Source: the human T2T-CHM13v2.0 reference genome, Homo sapiens
Reading direction: 5' to 3' (one strand)
Length of the DNA: 64,000 bases
Assembly: GCF_009914755.1 (NCBI RefSeq)
Contig: NC_060929.1
Positions 46,030 to 60,355 of the stretch are shown here, piece by piece. Under the pieces are notes generated by a model. It had not been told where the DNA came from. It ran no database searches and was given only the letters and a program-made list of their open reading frames with translations. The position numbers and the translations under genes are program-made. Position 1 is the stretch's first letter. The number at the start of each line of letters is the position of its first letter.

Positions 46030-46300
46030 CTGTAATCCCAGTACTTTGGGAGGCCGAGGTAGGCAGATCACGAGGTCAGGAGATCGAGACCATCTTGGCC
46101 AACATGGTGAAACCCCGTCTCTACTAAAAGTACAAAAATTAGCTGTGCATGGTGGCGCGTGGCTGTAGTCCCAGCTACTCGGGAGGCTGAGGCAGGAGAA
46201 TCGCTTGAACCAGGGAGTCAGAGATTGCAGTGAGCCAAGATCGCGCCACTGCACTCCAGCCTGGCGACAGAGCGAGAGTCCATCTCAAAAAAAGAAAAAA
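46030..46300 (+). mobile_element. 5'-truncated AluS(c)-type element
   Basis: ctgtaatcccagtactttggg...cctggcgacagagcgaga. Confidence 0.9.
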
Positions 46301-46302
46301 AT

Positions 46303-46636
<334 letters not shown>

Positions 46637-46850
46637 AGTGGCCCTTAAACTTGAACTTGCAGACAGCCTGCCTCAAATGGTTGGGCTGCAGCGGGGGCGT
46701 GTCTCCCCACGTCTCATACACTTCCAAGGCCTCTCCTACTACCTCCCCTACCAAGACCTGGGTCACTCCAGTCATGGCCATGGATGCGACCATATTCTAG
46801 GACGCTGAACTGCCAGAGATGGACAGTATCAAACTTCTAAAGGCTGCCTC
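46637..46850 (-). pseudogene. TAF11-like C-terminal remnant downstream of H3Y1, interrupted by Alus
   Basis: [49 protein letters not shown]; remainder resumes near 46020. Confidence 0.9.
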
Positions 46851-47091
46851 TTTCCCTTTCCTACCCAGGAACACACCCACACTGCCTCCCATAATGTGAA
46901 GTGACTTGTGGATACAGTCTATTCGTATTTTAGAAAGTGGAGTTGAATGTGTGTTCATAGCAAACTAGTAGAAACAGCCCATGACACAGGGAACATTGCA
47001 AACACAGAGCTGCATACAGGAAAAGTCAAAGTGTGGATCTCATCTACTGATCAAGTTAAACAAACATCACTGAGTTGCCATCAGGAAGAGA

Positions 47092-47097
47092 TTTATT
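47092..47097 (-). terminator. Candidate poly(A) signal of H3Y1
   Basis: tttatt = AATAAA on minus, ~230 nt past the stop; kept at 17413 in a paralog; no histone stem-loop seen. Confidence 0.55.
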
Positions 47098-47326
47098 TGG
47101 TTTGAAGTAGTCTAAACACAGGCATAGTCCAGTGAAAATGAACAGGTTTCTTGAAAATTGATGTAGAGCTGAAACTCGCTCACTGAAACATTCCCACCTG
47201 ACACTAGTGCCTTATGACCCTCAAGGTAGATTAGACATTAACAAACAAAAGCACACAGAAACACCACCAAGACCTGATTTCTGCCTGTTTCCACTCCCAA
47301 TCCTATGCTTAGCTACCTTTGGGCTC

Positions 47327-47737
47327 TTAAGGACCCTCTCTGCGGAGGCGGCGGGCCAGCTGCATGTCTCGGGGCATAATTGTGACGCGCCTGGCATGGA
47401 TGGCACACAGGTTGGTGTCTTCAAAGAGTTGCACCAGGTAGGCCTCGCTGGCCTCCTGCAGGGCGCCAATGGCCGCACTCTGGAAGCGCAGGTCCGGGCT
47501 GATGGCCTGGGCGATCTCGCGCACCAGGCGCTGGAAGGGCAGCTTGCGCAGGAGCAGCTGCGTGGACTTCTGGTACTTTCTGATTTCCCGCAGCGCCAGG
47601 GTGCCAGGCTTGTAGCGGTGAGGCTTCTTGATCCCTCCTGTAGGCGGCGCCCTTTTTCCGGCTGCTTTGGTGGCCAGGGGCTTCCTGGGGGCCTGCCAGG
47701 CGGTGGCTTTGCGGGCGGTCTGCTTGGTGCGCGCCAT
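47327..47737 (-). CDS. H3Y1: Histone H3.Y (primate-specific H3.3-derived variant)
   Basis: 136-aa [38 protein letters not shown]...SAAIG...RRLRREGP matches H3.Y as I know it. Confidence 0.97.
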   Translation of the reverse strand: MARTKQTARKATAWQAPRKPLATKAAGKRAPPTGGIKKPHRYKPGTLALREIRKYQKSTQLLLRKLPFQRLVREIAQAISPDLRFQSAAIGALQEASEAYLVQLFEDTNLCAIHARRVTIMPRDMQLARRLRREGP

Positions 47738-47847
47738 GTCGCGGGGCCTTAGCCTCTCCCCTGTCCTTGGGCTGAGCCTGGCCGGCTGCAGGCGGTGCTG
47801 GCGTCAGAGAGCGAGGGCAGTGGTGCTGTGGACAGGATTCAGAGAGC

Positions 47848-47917
47848 CTGTGAGTTGAGATCCATGCGCATGACTCTCCCACACACTTAGCCCCTGCCAA
47901 CCCAGCCCCACACTTAC
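47848..47917 (-). other. Candidate 70-nt 5'UTR intron
   Basis: CTG|GTAAGT donor (47917-47912) and CTCACAG| acceptor (47848). Confidence 0.45.
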
Positions 47918-48069
47918 CAGCCCTCAGGTCTGTGGGTCGGAGGCCGCGCTGCTTAGTCTTTCCGGAGGGTCCTGGGTTTCCTTGGTCTACAAAGCAGCAG
48001 CCAGGAATCTCCCTCGCAGGCAGTCTCTTTCTGACTGGAGATCTCTGTGGTCTCAGTAAAACCCTGCCT

Positions 48070-48175
48070 CTTATAAGGAGCTCAGATGATTGGATTAGAC
48101 CCACCCAGCTCCCTTCCATTGTACTTCCTGCTTCACTAGATCCTCAACCTAATCAGGGCTGTGAAAACCCAATCA
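48070..48175 (-). promoter_or_regulatory. H3Y1 promoter: TATA-like box and DUX4-type motifs
   Basis: CTTATAAG ~48070, TGATTGGATTA 48087-48097 (rc TAATCCAATCA), near matches CAACCTAATCA 48145 and AAACCCAATCA 48165; H3.X/H3.Y are established DUX4 targets. Confidence 0.8.
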
Positions 48176-49823
48176 AGTCCCTGGGTTCTGCACACACCCA
48201 ATGGAGAACGAACCTTCTGGAGTGCGCCTTGTGGGAGGGATGGTAGGTGGGTGGGTCACCTAAAGTTCTAGGTGTGAAAGAGAGTCTGAAAGTTTACATT
48301 TCTCCATCATCATGGAAATATTGACAGTGAAAAATTTTTTTTAATAAAGTCGAAAGTTAGCCAACTTGCACATCTGCTTCAAAACACCAATGCATGAGAT
48401 CATGAGATTTTATCAGTTCCTTTGAGAATGAAGTGTTCCTGGAGCGGGGTGGGCGGGGGGGTATGGAAATTTGAAAAATTTGAAATGGTCACTTCTCTGT
48501 CAGGGATTCTCCTCTGACATTTTCTCCCCAAAAGTGACACTCGTGAAAATCTTCTCGTAGCCTCCAGCAGGTTTGGCTCCGGATAAGCCAAAGCTTTCCT
48601 GAGAAAAGAATCACGTGACTGTCGCTGGTGCTCCCCCTCAGCCCCCTCAAGCTCCTTTTCCCCTATGAAGGTGGAAGGGACACCTGAGCTGAGCTATCCT
48701 GCCGTTGCCCATGATGGGAATGCCACGAGGTCCTGAGAAGCCAGCTTTGACCTCACTGACCTGCTGACCCGAGGTCACAGCAGAGCTAAGAAAACATTGA
48801 ATATATTTTGTTATTTCAATATTTGTAGGGGTACCTGTGGCTTCAGGTTCCATGGATAAATTGTGTAGTTGTGAATTCTATTCAAATATACTGCTAAAAG
48901 ACTTTTGTGATACCTATAGTAGAAATTAGTGCCCAATTCAATGTAGGTATGGCACACAGAACAATAGTTTCCATGATATCAGTACTTACAAAATAAGTTC
49001 GTATTAGTGTTTTAAGATTCGAGCTTATTATTATTATTTTGTTGTTAAATTTTTTAAAATGTGTTTCAATAGCTCTAGGAGTACAAGTTGTCTTTCGTTC
49101 CGTAGATGAATTGTATAGTGCTGAAGTCTGGGATTTTAGTGCACTTATCACTCAGTTTACATTTTACTCAACAGGCAGTTTCTTCCTCCATCACCCTCCT
49201 CTCACTTTCCCCACTTCTGAGTCTCTAATGTTTAGTATATTACACTGCATGCTTTTGTGGACCCATAGCTTAGCTTTCACTTCTAGGTGAGATGGTGCAC
49301 TATTTGCTTGTAGATTGCTGAGTTACTTTACGGAGAATAATGGCCTCCAGTTCCATCCAAGTTGCTGAAATGACATAGTTTCATTCCTGTTTATGGCTGA
49401 GTAGCAGTCCATGGTGTATATGTTCCTGTTTTCTTTTTGTTTGTTTTCTTTTGTTTTATTATTATTTCAATAGTTTTTGGGGAGCAGGTGGTGCTTGGTT
49501 ACACAGATAAGTGATTTAATGGTGATTTCTGAAATTTTGGTGTGCCCATCACCTGAGCAGTGTACACTGTACCCAATGTGTAGTCTTTTATTCCTCACCC
49601 CTTTCCACCCTTCCATCTAAGTTCCACAAGGTCCACTGTAACATTCTTATGTTTTTGTGTTGTCATAGCTTAGCTCCTGTTTATAAGTGAGAACATATGA
49701 TGTTTGATTTTCCATTCTTGAGTTACTTCACTTAAAGTAATGGTCTCCAATTCCATCCAGGTTGCTGGGAATACCATTATTTCTTTCCTATTTTTGGCTG
49801 AGTTGTATTCAGTGGTATATCTA

Positions 49824-49851
49824 TACACACACACACACACACACACACACA
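49824..49851. repeat. (CA)n microsatellite
   Basis: Directly visible. Confidence 0.95.
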
Positions 49852-49860
49852 TCTATATAA

Positions 49861-50218
<358 letters not shown>

Positions 50219-52631
50219 TGGTTTCATATTTTTGCAATTGTGAATTGTGCTGCTATAAACACGTGTGTGCAAGAGTTTTTTTCATATAATGACTTATTTT
50301 TCTCTGGGCAGATACCCAGTAGTGGGATTGGTGGATCAAATGATAGATCTCCTTTTAGTTCTTTAAGGAATCTCCACCCTGTTTTCCATAGTGGTTGTGC
50401 TAGTTTACATTCCTGTCAGCAGTGTAAAAGTGTCCCTCACCTCCTCCACCATAACATCTATTATTTTTTGATTTTTTAATTATGGCGTTCTTGCAGGAGT
50501 AAGGTGGCATTGCATTGTGGTTTTGATTTACATTTCCATGATCATTACTGAACATTTTTTTCATATGTTTGGTGGCCATTTGTATATCTTCTTTTGAAAA
50601 TTGCCTGTTTATGTTTTAGCCCACTTTTTGATGGGATTGTTTGTTCTTTTCCTTGAGGCTTTGTTTTAGTTCCTTGTAGATTCTGAATATTAGTCCTTTG
50701 TAAGATACACAGTATGTGAATATTTTCTCCCACTCTATAGGTTGTTTACTCTGCTGATTCTTATTAAGTTTTTTTGCTGTGCAGAAACTTTTTAGTTTAA
50801 TTAAGTCCTATCTATTTATCTTTGTTTTTCTTGCATTTGCTTTTGGGTTCTTCTTGGTCATGAACTCTTTGCCTAAGCTAATGTCTAGAAGAGTTTTTCT
50901 GATGTTATCTTCTAGAATTTTTATGGCTTCAGGTCTTAGATTTAAAGTCTTTCATCCATCTTGAGTTGATTTTTGTATAAGGTGAGAGTTGAGGATCTGC
51001 TTTCATCCTTCTATATGAGGCTTGCCAATTATCCTGGCACTATTTGTTGAATAGGGTGTCCTTTCGCTCCTTTATGCTTTTGTTTGCTTTGTCGAAGATC
51101 AGTTGGCTGTAAGTATTTGGCTTTATTTCTGGATTATCTATTTTGTTTCATTGGTCTATATGCCTATTTTTATACCAGTAGCATGCTGTTTTGGTAACTA
51201 TAGCCTTGTAGTATAATTTGAAGTTGGGTAATGTGATGCCTCTATATTCCTTCTTTGTGCTCAGCCTTACTTTGTCTATGCAGGCTCTTTTATACCTCCA
51301 TATAAATTTTAGAACAGTTTTTTTCTAGTTCTGCGAAGAATGATAATGGAATATTGATGGAAATTGCATTGAATTTATAGATTGCTTTTGGCAGTATGGT
51401 CATTTTTACAATATTGATTCTACCCCTCCATAAACATGGGATGTTTTTATGTTTGTTTCATCTATGATTTCTTTCAGCAGTATTTTGCACTTTTCCTTGT
51501 AGAGGTCTTTCACATCCTTGGATAGGTATATTCCTAAGTATTTTACTTTATTTTTCGCAGCTATTATAAAAGGGGCTGAGTTCTTGATTTGATTCTCAGC
51601 TTGGTCACTGTTGGTTTATAGCAGTGCTACTGATTTGTATACACTGATTTTGTATCCTTAAACTTTGCTGAATTCATTTAACAGATCTAGGAGCTTTCTA
51701 CATGAGTCTTTAGATTTTCTAGGTATACAATCATACCATTGGAGACAGTGACAGTTTAAATTCCTCTTTAACAATTTGGATGCCCTTTATTTCTTTCTCT
51801 TGTCTGATTACTCTGGCTAAGACTTCCAGTACTATGTTGAATAGGAGTGGTGAGAAAGGGCAAACTTTTCTTGTGCCAGTTTGCACAGGAAGTGCTTCCA
51901 GCCCTTGACCATTCAGTATGATATTGGCTGTGGATTTATCATATACGGCTCTTATTATTTTGAGGTATGTTCCTTTGATACCTAGTTTATTGAGAGTTTT
52001 TAACATGAAGTGATGTTGAATTTTATGAAAGGCCTTTTCTACATCTATTGAGATAATCATGTGGCTTTTGTCTTTAGTTCTGTTTATGTGATGAATCATA
52101 TTTATTGATTTGTATATGTTGAACAAGCCTTGCATCACAGGGATGAAGCCTACTTGATTGTGGTGGATAAGCTTTTTGATATGCTGCTGGATTTGGTTTG
52201 CCAGCATTTTGTTGAAGAATTTTGCATCAATGTTCATCAAGGATATTAGCCTGAAGTTTTCTTTTTTGTTGTATCTCTGCCAGGTTTTGGTATCAGAATG
52301 ATGCTGGCCTAATATTTTGGAATAGTTTCTGTAGGAATGGTGCCAGCTCCCTTTTTTTTTTTTTTACTTCTGGTAGAATTCAACTGTGAATCCTCTGGTC
52401 CTGGGCCTTTTTTTGGTTGGTAGGCTATTAATTACTGCTTCAATTTTAGAACTTATTGGTCTATTTGAGGATTTGATTTCTTTCTGGATCAGTCTTGGTA
52501 GGGTATACGTGTCCAGGAATTTATCTATTTCTTCTAATTTTCTAGTTTATGTGCATGGAGGTGTTGTTTATAGTCTCTGATGGTTGTGTGTATTTCTGTG
52601 GGGTTAGTGGTGATATCCCCCGTATTTCTGA

Positions 52632-52939
<308 letters not shown>

Positions 52940-53802
52940 TGATTGTGTTTATTTTAATCTTCTCTTTTTCTTCTTTATTAGCCTAGCTAGAAGTTTATCT
53001 ATTTTATTAATTTTTTCAAAACACCTGCTACTGAATTCATTGATTTTTTGAAAGGTTTTTTTTGTGTCTCTATCTCCTTCAGTTCAGCTGTGATCTTGGT
53101 TATTTACTATCTTCTGTTAGCTTTGGCATTTGTTTGCTCCTGTCCTCTAGATGTTTAGTTGTGATGTTAGGTTTTTAACAAGTCCTTTCTAACTTTTTGA
53201 TGTGGGTGTTTAGTGCAACAAATTTCCCTCTTAACACTGCTTTAGCTGCATCCCAGAGATTCTGGTACATTTTTATCTTCATTCTCATTAGTTTCAAAGA
53301 ACTTCTTGATTTCTGCCTTAATTGCATTATTTACCCAAAAGTCATTCCAGTGCGGGTTGTTCAGTTTCCACGTAGTTGTACGGTTTTGAGTGAATTTCTT
53401 AATTTTGAGTTCTAATTTGATTGTGCTGTGGTCCAAGAGACTGTTATAATTTCAGTTCTTTTGCATTTGGTGAAAAGTGTTTTACTTCCAATTATGTGAT
53501 TAATTTTAGAGTAACTGCTGTGTGGTGAGGAGAAGAATGTATATTCTATTGTTTTTGGGTGGAGAGTTTTGTAGATATCTATTAGGTCCATTTGATCCAG
53601 AGCTGAGTTCAGGTCCTGAATATCTGTTAATTTTCTGTCTTGATGATCTGTCTAATATTGTCAGTGGGGTGTTAAAGTCTCTCATTATTATTGTGTGGGA
53701 GTCTAAGTCCACATTGTTTTATCATTATTCTTAGCTTCTTTCCATTGGGTTACAACATGATCTTTTAGGTCAGCGAAGTTTATTTTTATCCACATCCTGT
53801 AA

Positions 53803-54160
53803 TTTTTTTATTTTTTTATTTTTAAATTTTTTAAAAGTTTTTTTTATTATACTTTAAGTTTTACGGTACATGTGCACATTGTGCAGGTTAGTTACATATG
53901 TATACATGTGCCATGCTGGTGCACTGCACCCACTAACTCGTCATCTAGCATTAGGTATATCTCCCAATGCTATCCCTCCCCCCTCCCCCCACCCCACAAC
54001 AGTCCCCAGAGTGTGATGTTCCCCTTCCTGTGTCCATGTGTTCCCATTGTTCAATTCCCACCTATGAGTGAGAATATGCGATGTTTGGTTTTCTGTTCTT
54101 ACGATAGTTTACTGGGAATGATGTTTTCCAATTTCATCCATGTCCCTACAAAGGACATGA
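53803..54160 (-). mobile_element. Young L1PA 3' end, heavily 5'-truncated
   Basis: tactttaagtttt..gtacatgtgcacattgtgcaggttagttac...ccctcccccctccccccacccc. Confidence 0.9.
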
Positions 54161-55641
54161 TAGCAAATTTTAGCCATCTCAGTCTCAGCCCATTTCTGAG
54201 CCCTTGGTGGAGAGGTGTTGTGGTCATTTGGAGGAAAAGGGGCGCTCTGGGTTTTTGAGTTTTCAGGGTTTTTTTGTGCTAATTCTTTCTTTTCTTTTTT
54301 TTTTTTTTAAGAATTAAAAGAGGCAACATGAATTTCTTTTTTTTTTTCAAAATTGAAACTGATGAATATCAACATCACTTAGTAAAGTTCAGGAGAAAAA
54401 AATCAAGTTAGATATGCAAAAATGTGATACGAATGTGATAGGAGATGTTATTCTCTGAAGCTTAATTTCATCTGAAAGAAATGTAAGAGAAAATAAAAAG
54501 CATTGTCAAATTCTTTCTTATCTTTGTGGGTTTATCTAGCTTTAAGCTTTGATGTTGCTGACCTTTAGATGGGGGTTTTGGTTTTGTTGTGGTTGTTGTT
54601 TGCTGTTTGATTTTTTTTTTTTTTTAAACACTCTGGCCACTCTTCTGTAGGGCTGCTGCAGTTTGCTGGGTGTCTGCTCCAGATTGTAGTCACCTGGGTT
54701 TTTCCCATACTTGGAATTATCACCCTTGAAAACTGCAAAACAGCACAGATGGCATCTTGCTTCTTCCTCTGGAAACTTTGTCCCAGGAGGGTACTAAACT
54801 TGTTACTGGCTTGAATGTATATGTAGGAGGTGGCTGGTTACACTGCTTGGGAAAATCTCATGCAGTTGAGGGGAATAGGATCAGGGACATACTTAAGCAA
54901 TCTAACTGCTTTTTGGTGGAGCAGCTGTGCTGTATTGGAAATCCCTTCAGCCCCTGATCCATTAAGGCTCTCCAAGGCCCACAGGCTGGACCAGCTGAGA
55001 TGCCTGAACAGTCATGGTGGCAGCATGCCCTACCCCATGGGCACTTAGACTCAGGGAGAAATTAGAACTCTGTCAGCTGTAGAACAGAGGCAGGTATGGC
55101 TGGAGGCCCTGGCTGGGAGGACCCACCCCACAAGGAGCAGTGGATTGGGGTCCTGCTTAAAGAAGCAGTCTGGCTACATTCTGGGAAAGCAACTGTGCTG
55201 TGCTGGGGGCACCCTACCTCATCCCGACCATTTGGACTCTCCAAAGCCCACAGACCGAAACAGCCGAGTTGACCAAACAGCATAGATAGTAGCTTGGCCC
55301 TTTCCTGGGGTCTCTGTCCTGTCTCAGGCAGGCTCCACCTTGTTTCTTGTGGCTGGCTAGAATTCCAAGCCAGTGGGTCCTATCTTGTGAGTTGCCATGT
55401 AAGTGGGGCCTGCAGATTGTTGCTGCTCAGCCCCCAGGATTTAGCCCCCTTCCTAGGGTTATGCACAGACCTTCTGCCTTGCCTGAGCTGCAGATGTCCT
55501 TGCCAGGGATCCCGAGGCCAGAATATGTAAAGCTCCTGGGTCTCTGTACATGTTTGAGCAGCTGCTCTGTGGAGACTCCACACAGCTGTGTGCATCAGAT
55601 CAAAGGCGCTGGAGACACGGGCCTATAAGGGGACCTCCTGA

Positions 55642-56190
<549 letters not shown>

Positions 56191-56350
56191 CATCCTGCTT
56201 TTCTTCATTCTCCATGGGTCAGGTTGTTTTCCTACATAGTCTCAATGTGAGTACCTGGATATTTCAGTTGAAGGTGCTGCATTCACTCGCCCCTCTTCCT
56301 CTCTGTGAGTGCCACAGACCAAAGCTGCTTCCGATTGGCCATCTTGGGGC

Positions 56351-57980
56351 CCACTCGTCAGCTGATGGGCACTTAGGTTGATTTTATATCTTTGCAATTG
56401 TGAATTGTGCTGTGATAAAAATATGTGTGCAGGTTTCTTTGATATAATGACTTCTTTTTTTTAGGTGTGTACCCAGTAGTGGGATTGCTGGATGGAATAG
56501 TAGATCTACTTTGAGTTCCTTGTGAAATCTCTACACCGTTTTCTGCAGAGGTTGTACTAATTTACATTCCACCAGCAATGCCTAAACGTTTCCTTTTCAC
56601 CACATTTACGCCAACACCTGCTGTTCTTTGACTATTGAATAATGGCCATTCTCGCTGGGGTAAGGTGGGTGAGAAACTCAGCTGTTTTTCATTGTGGCTT
56701 TAATTTGCATTTCCCTGATAATTAGAGATGTGGAGCATTTTTCCCTGTTTATTAGTTGTTTGTGTGTCTTCTTTTGAGAAACGTCTATGCATGTTGTTTG
56801 CTCACTTTTTAATGGGATTATTTGTGTTTTCTTTGATTTGTTTCAATTTCTTGTAGATTCTGGATCTATCAGTCCTTTGCCAGAGGCATAATTTGCAAAT
56901 AGTTTCTCCCATTCTGTAGGTTGTTTGTTTACTCTGATGATTTATTTTGCTTTGGAGAAGCTTTTTCTTTTCATTAGCTCCCACTGATTTATTTTTGCTT
57001 TTTTTGAATTTGCTTTTGGGGTCTTTGTTATAAGTTCTTTGCCTAGGCCAATGTCTAGAAGAGTTTTTCCGGTTTTCTTCTAGAGTTTTTATTGTTTCAG
57101 GACCTAGATTTAAGTCTTGAAGTCACCTTAAGTAAATTTTTGTGTATGATGAAAGATAGGGATCCAGTTTCTTTCTTCTGTGTGTGGCTATTCAATGTTC
57201 CCATCACCATTTATTCAATAGGGTGTTATTTCCCCAGTCGATGTTTCTGTATGCTTTGTCAAAATCAGTTGGCTTTATTTTTGTTTTCTCTATTTTGTTT
57301 CATTGGTCTGCGGATCTACTTTTATGTCAATACCTCATTGTTTGGCATAGCCTTTTGGGATACTTTGAAGTCCGGTAATGTGATGCCTTCATATTTATTC
57401 CTTTTCCTTAGGATGGCTTGGCTATCCTAGCTGTTTTTGGTTCCATATGAACTGTAGAATTTTTTTTTTTCTAACTCTGCATAAAATGACATTGTTATTT
57501 GGGAAGAAATTGCATAGAATCTGTAGTTTGCTTTGGGCTGCATGGTTTTTTTTTTTTTTTTTTAACAATACTGTTTTTTCTAATCCACGGGCATGGAAAG
57601 TATTCCTGCTCGTTTGTACCATCTATTACTTCTTTCAGCAGTGCCTCGTAGTTCTCCTTGTTGGGATCTTTTACTTTCTTTTTAAAGTATATTCCCGTAT
57701 ACATATGTAGCTACTGTAAGAGGGATTGAGTTTTTGATTTAATTCTCATCTTGGCTGTTGTTGGTGTATAGCATGCTATTAATTTGTGTGCATGACTTTT
57801 GTAAGCTGAGATTTTACTGAATTTACCTATAAGGTCTGGCTGTCTTTTGTAGGAGTGTTTAAGGTTTGCTGTGTATACCATCAGATCACCAGGCAACAGA
57901 GATAGTCTGACTTGCTCTTTTCCAATGTTAATACCTTTTATTTCTTCCTCTTGCCTGATGGCTCTAGCTAAGAATTTTGT
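56351..57980 (-). mobile_element. Old L1 ORF2 fragment
   Basis: Degenerate ORF2 peptides (LARAIRQEEEIKGINIGKE). Confidence 0.8.
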
Positions 57981-57984
57981 GCTC

Positions 57985-59930
57985 ATTTTATAGAAAAGTT
58001 TTAGTTTTATGCAAAATTGGGCAAAAAGTAGAGAGTTCCCCTATATCCTTTCCCCCACATAGGCATAGCCTCCCTCCGGTATCAACTCCCTATCCCAGAT
58101 TGTATGTGAGTTACAATCATTGAACCCACATTGACATATTATTATCACTCAAAGTCTGTAGCTTACATTAGGGTTCACTATGTTTTTGTTGTACATTCTA
58201 TGGGTTTGGACAGATGCATCATGACAGGCATCCGCAACCATAGTGTCCTATGAAATAGTTTCACTTCTCTAAAAATCTTTTGTCTCTAGCTTCTCTATTC
58301 CTTCTTTCAGCACCAACCCCTTCCCACCATGGATCTCTATATTTATTTATTGGTAAATCTTGTCTACTGACATTTCATATTGTATATACTTGTTATGTAC
58401 AACATGATGTATTATATACATTTTACAATGTCAAAATCTAGCTAATTTTTACATAGTTATTGTAGTTTTGTTAAGAACACTTCACATTCACTCTTAGCAT
58501 TTTTCAAGAGCACGATATATTGTTAGGTGGAGTCACCACGCTGTAAAATAGATCTCTTGAACTTATTCCTCCCACGTGACTGAAATTTTGTATATTTTGA
58601 CTGTCTCCTCAAATACCCCACCCCTGCCACCCCAACCCATGGTAACTACCATGCTACTGTCTACTTCTATAAGATCAACTTTTTTAGATTCTACGTAAGA
58701 TTGAGGTCAAGTAGTATTTGTCTTTCTATGCCTTGCGTATTTCACATAGCATAACATAGCATAATGATCTCCAGGTTCATCTATGTGTCCTTATTTTTTT
58801 AGGCTATTCCTTAAGTAGCCTTAAAATATAAGAACACATAGATGAACCTGGAGATGTATTTTGTTGTGTATACATATCACATCTTCTTTATCCAATCATC
58901 TTTTTTTGGACACTTATGTTGATTTTATATCTTAGCTATTGTAAATACTGCTTCAATAGACATGAGCATACAGACAGCTCTTCAGTATACTAATTTTATT
59001 TCCTCTGGATATATATTTAGCAGTGTGGCATTGGTGGAACATATCGTAGCTCTATTTTTAGTTTTTGGAGGAACTGCCATACTAGTTTCTGTAGTGGTTG
59101 TACTAATTTGCATTCTCCCCAACAGGGCAAGCGGTTTCCCTTTTCTTCACATCTTCATCTACAATTGTTATCTCTTGACATTTTCATAACAGTTATTCTA
59201 ATGGGTGTGACGTAATATTTTATTTTGGTTGTAGTTTGCATTTCTGTGATGGTTAGTGATGTGGAGCATTTTTCCATACAACCACTGGCCATACCTTTCT
59301 GTCTTTTTTTTATAAATGTCTCTTTAGGTCTTTTGGTTATTTTTATTTTGGATTTTTGTTTTCTTCCTATTGAGTTGTTTGAGTTTCTTAGGTATTTTGG
59401 AAATTTATTCCTATCAGATATATGGTGTGCAAATATTTTGTTCCATTCTGCTGGTTTTCTCTTCACTCTGATGATTGTTTCCTTTGTTGTGCAGAAACTT
59501 GTTAGATGTAATTCCTTTTGTCTACTTTTGCTTTCGTTGTCTGTGTTTTTGGGTTATATCTAAAAGATCACTAGCCTAACCAGCGTTGGGGATGTTTTTC
59601 CCTACGTTTCTTGTAGTAGGGTCATAGTTGAGGGTCCTGCTCTGAAGTTTGAAAGAGATTTTAGTGTATTTTTGTATATGCTAAGAGAAAAGGGTATAAT
59701 CTGATTATTTTGCATGTGGATATCTAGTTTTCCTGTCACCATTGATTGAAAAGACAGTCATTTCTTCATTGTTGTTGTCACCTTTGTGTAAACTCAGTAG
59801 GCCGTACATGTCTGGATTGACTTCTGTGGCCTCTATTCTGTTCCAGTGGTCTAAGTGTCTGTTTTTAAGCCAGTGTTATTCTGCTTGGGTTACTATCATT
59901 TTATAGAATACTTTGAAGTGAGGAAAGCAC
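57985..59930 (-). mobile_element. Old L1M-type fragments
   Basis: More complete, diverged paralog of 8550-10460. Confidence 0.7.
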
Positions 59931-60001
59931 AGATCTTTTTATTTTCTCCGCAGTTTGCCCTGTGACCTCACTACTCAGAGAAATGTCAAAAGAGATGTTG
60001 A

Positions 60002-60355
<354 letters not shown>

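Noticed and set aside
47100-47326. Histone 3' stem-loop
   Set aside because: No canonical stem-loop seen; AATAAA present instead
47207-47752. Plus-strand ORFs antisense to H3 copies (also 6919, 17919, 62412)
   Set aside because: Shadow ORFs of histone codon usage
47421-48119. 232-aa minus ORF overlapping H3Y1
   Set aside because: Starts upstream of the TATA-like box, is an alternative frame of a GC-rich CDS and is not preserved as such in paralogs
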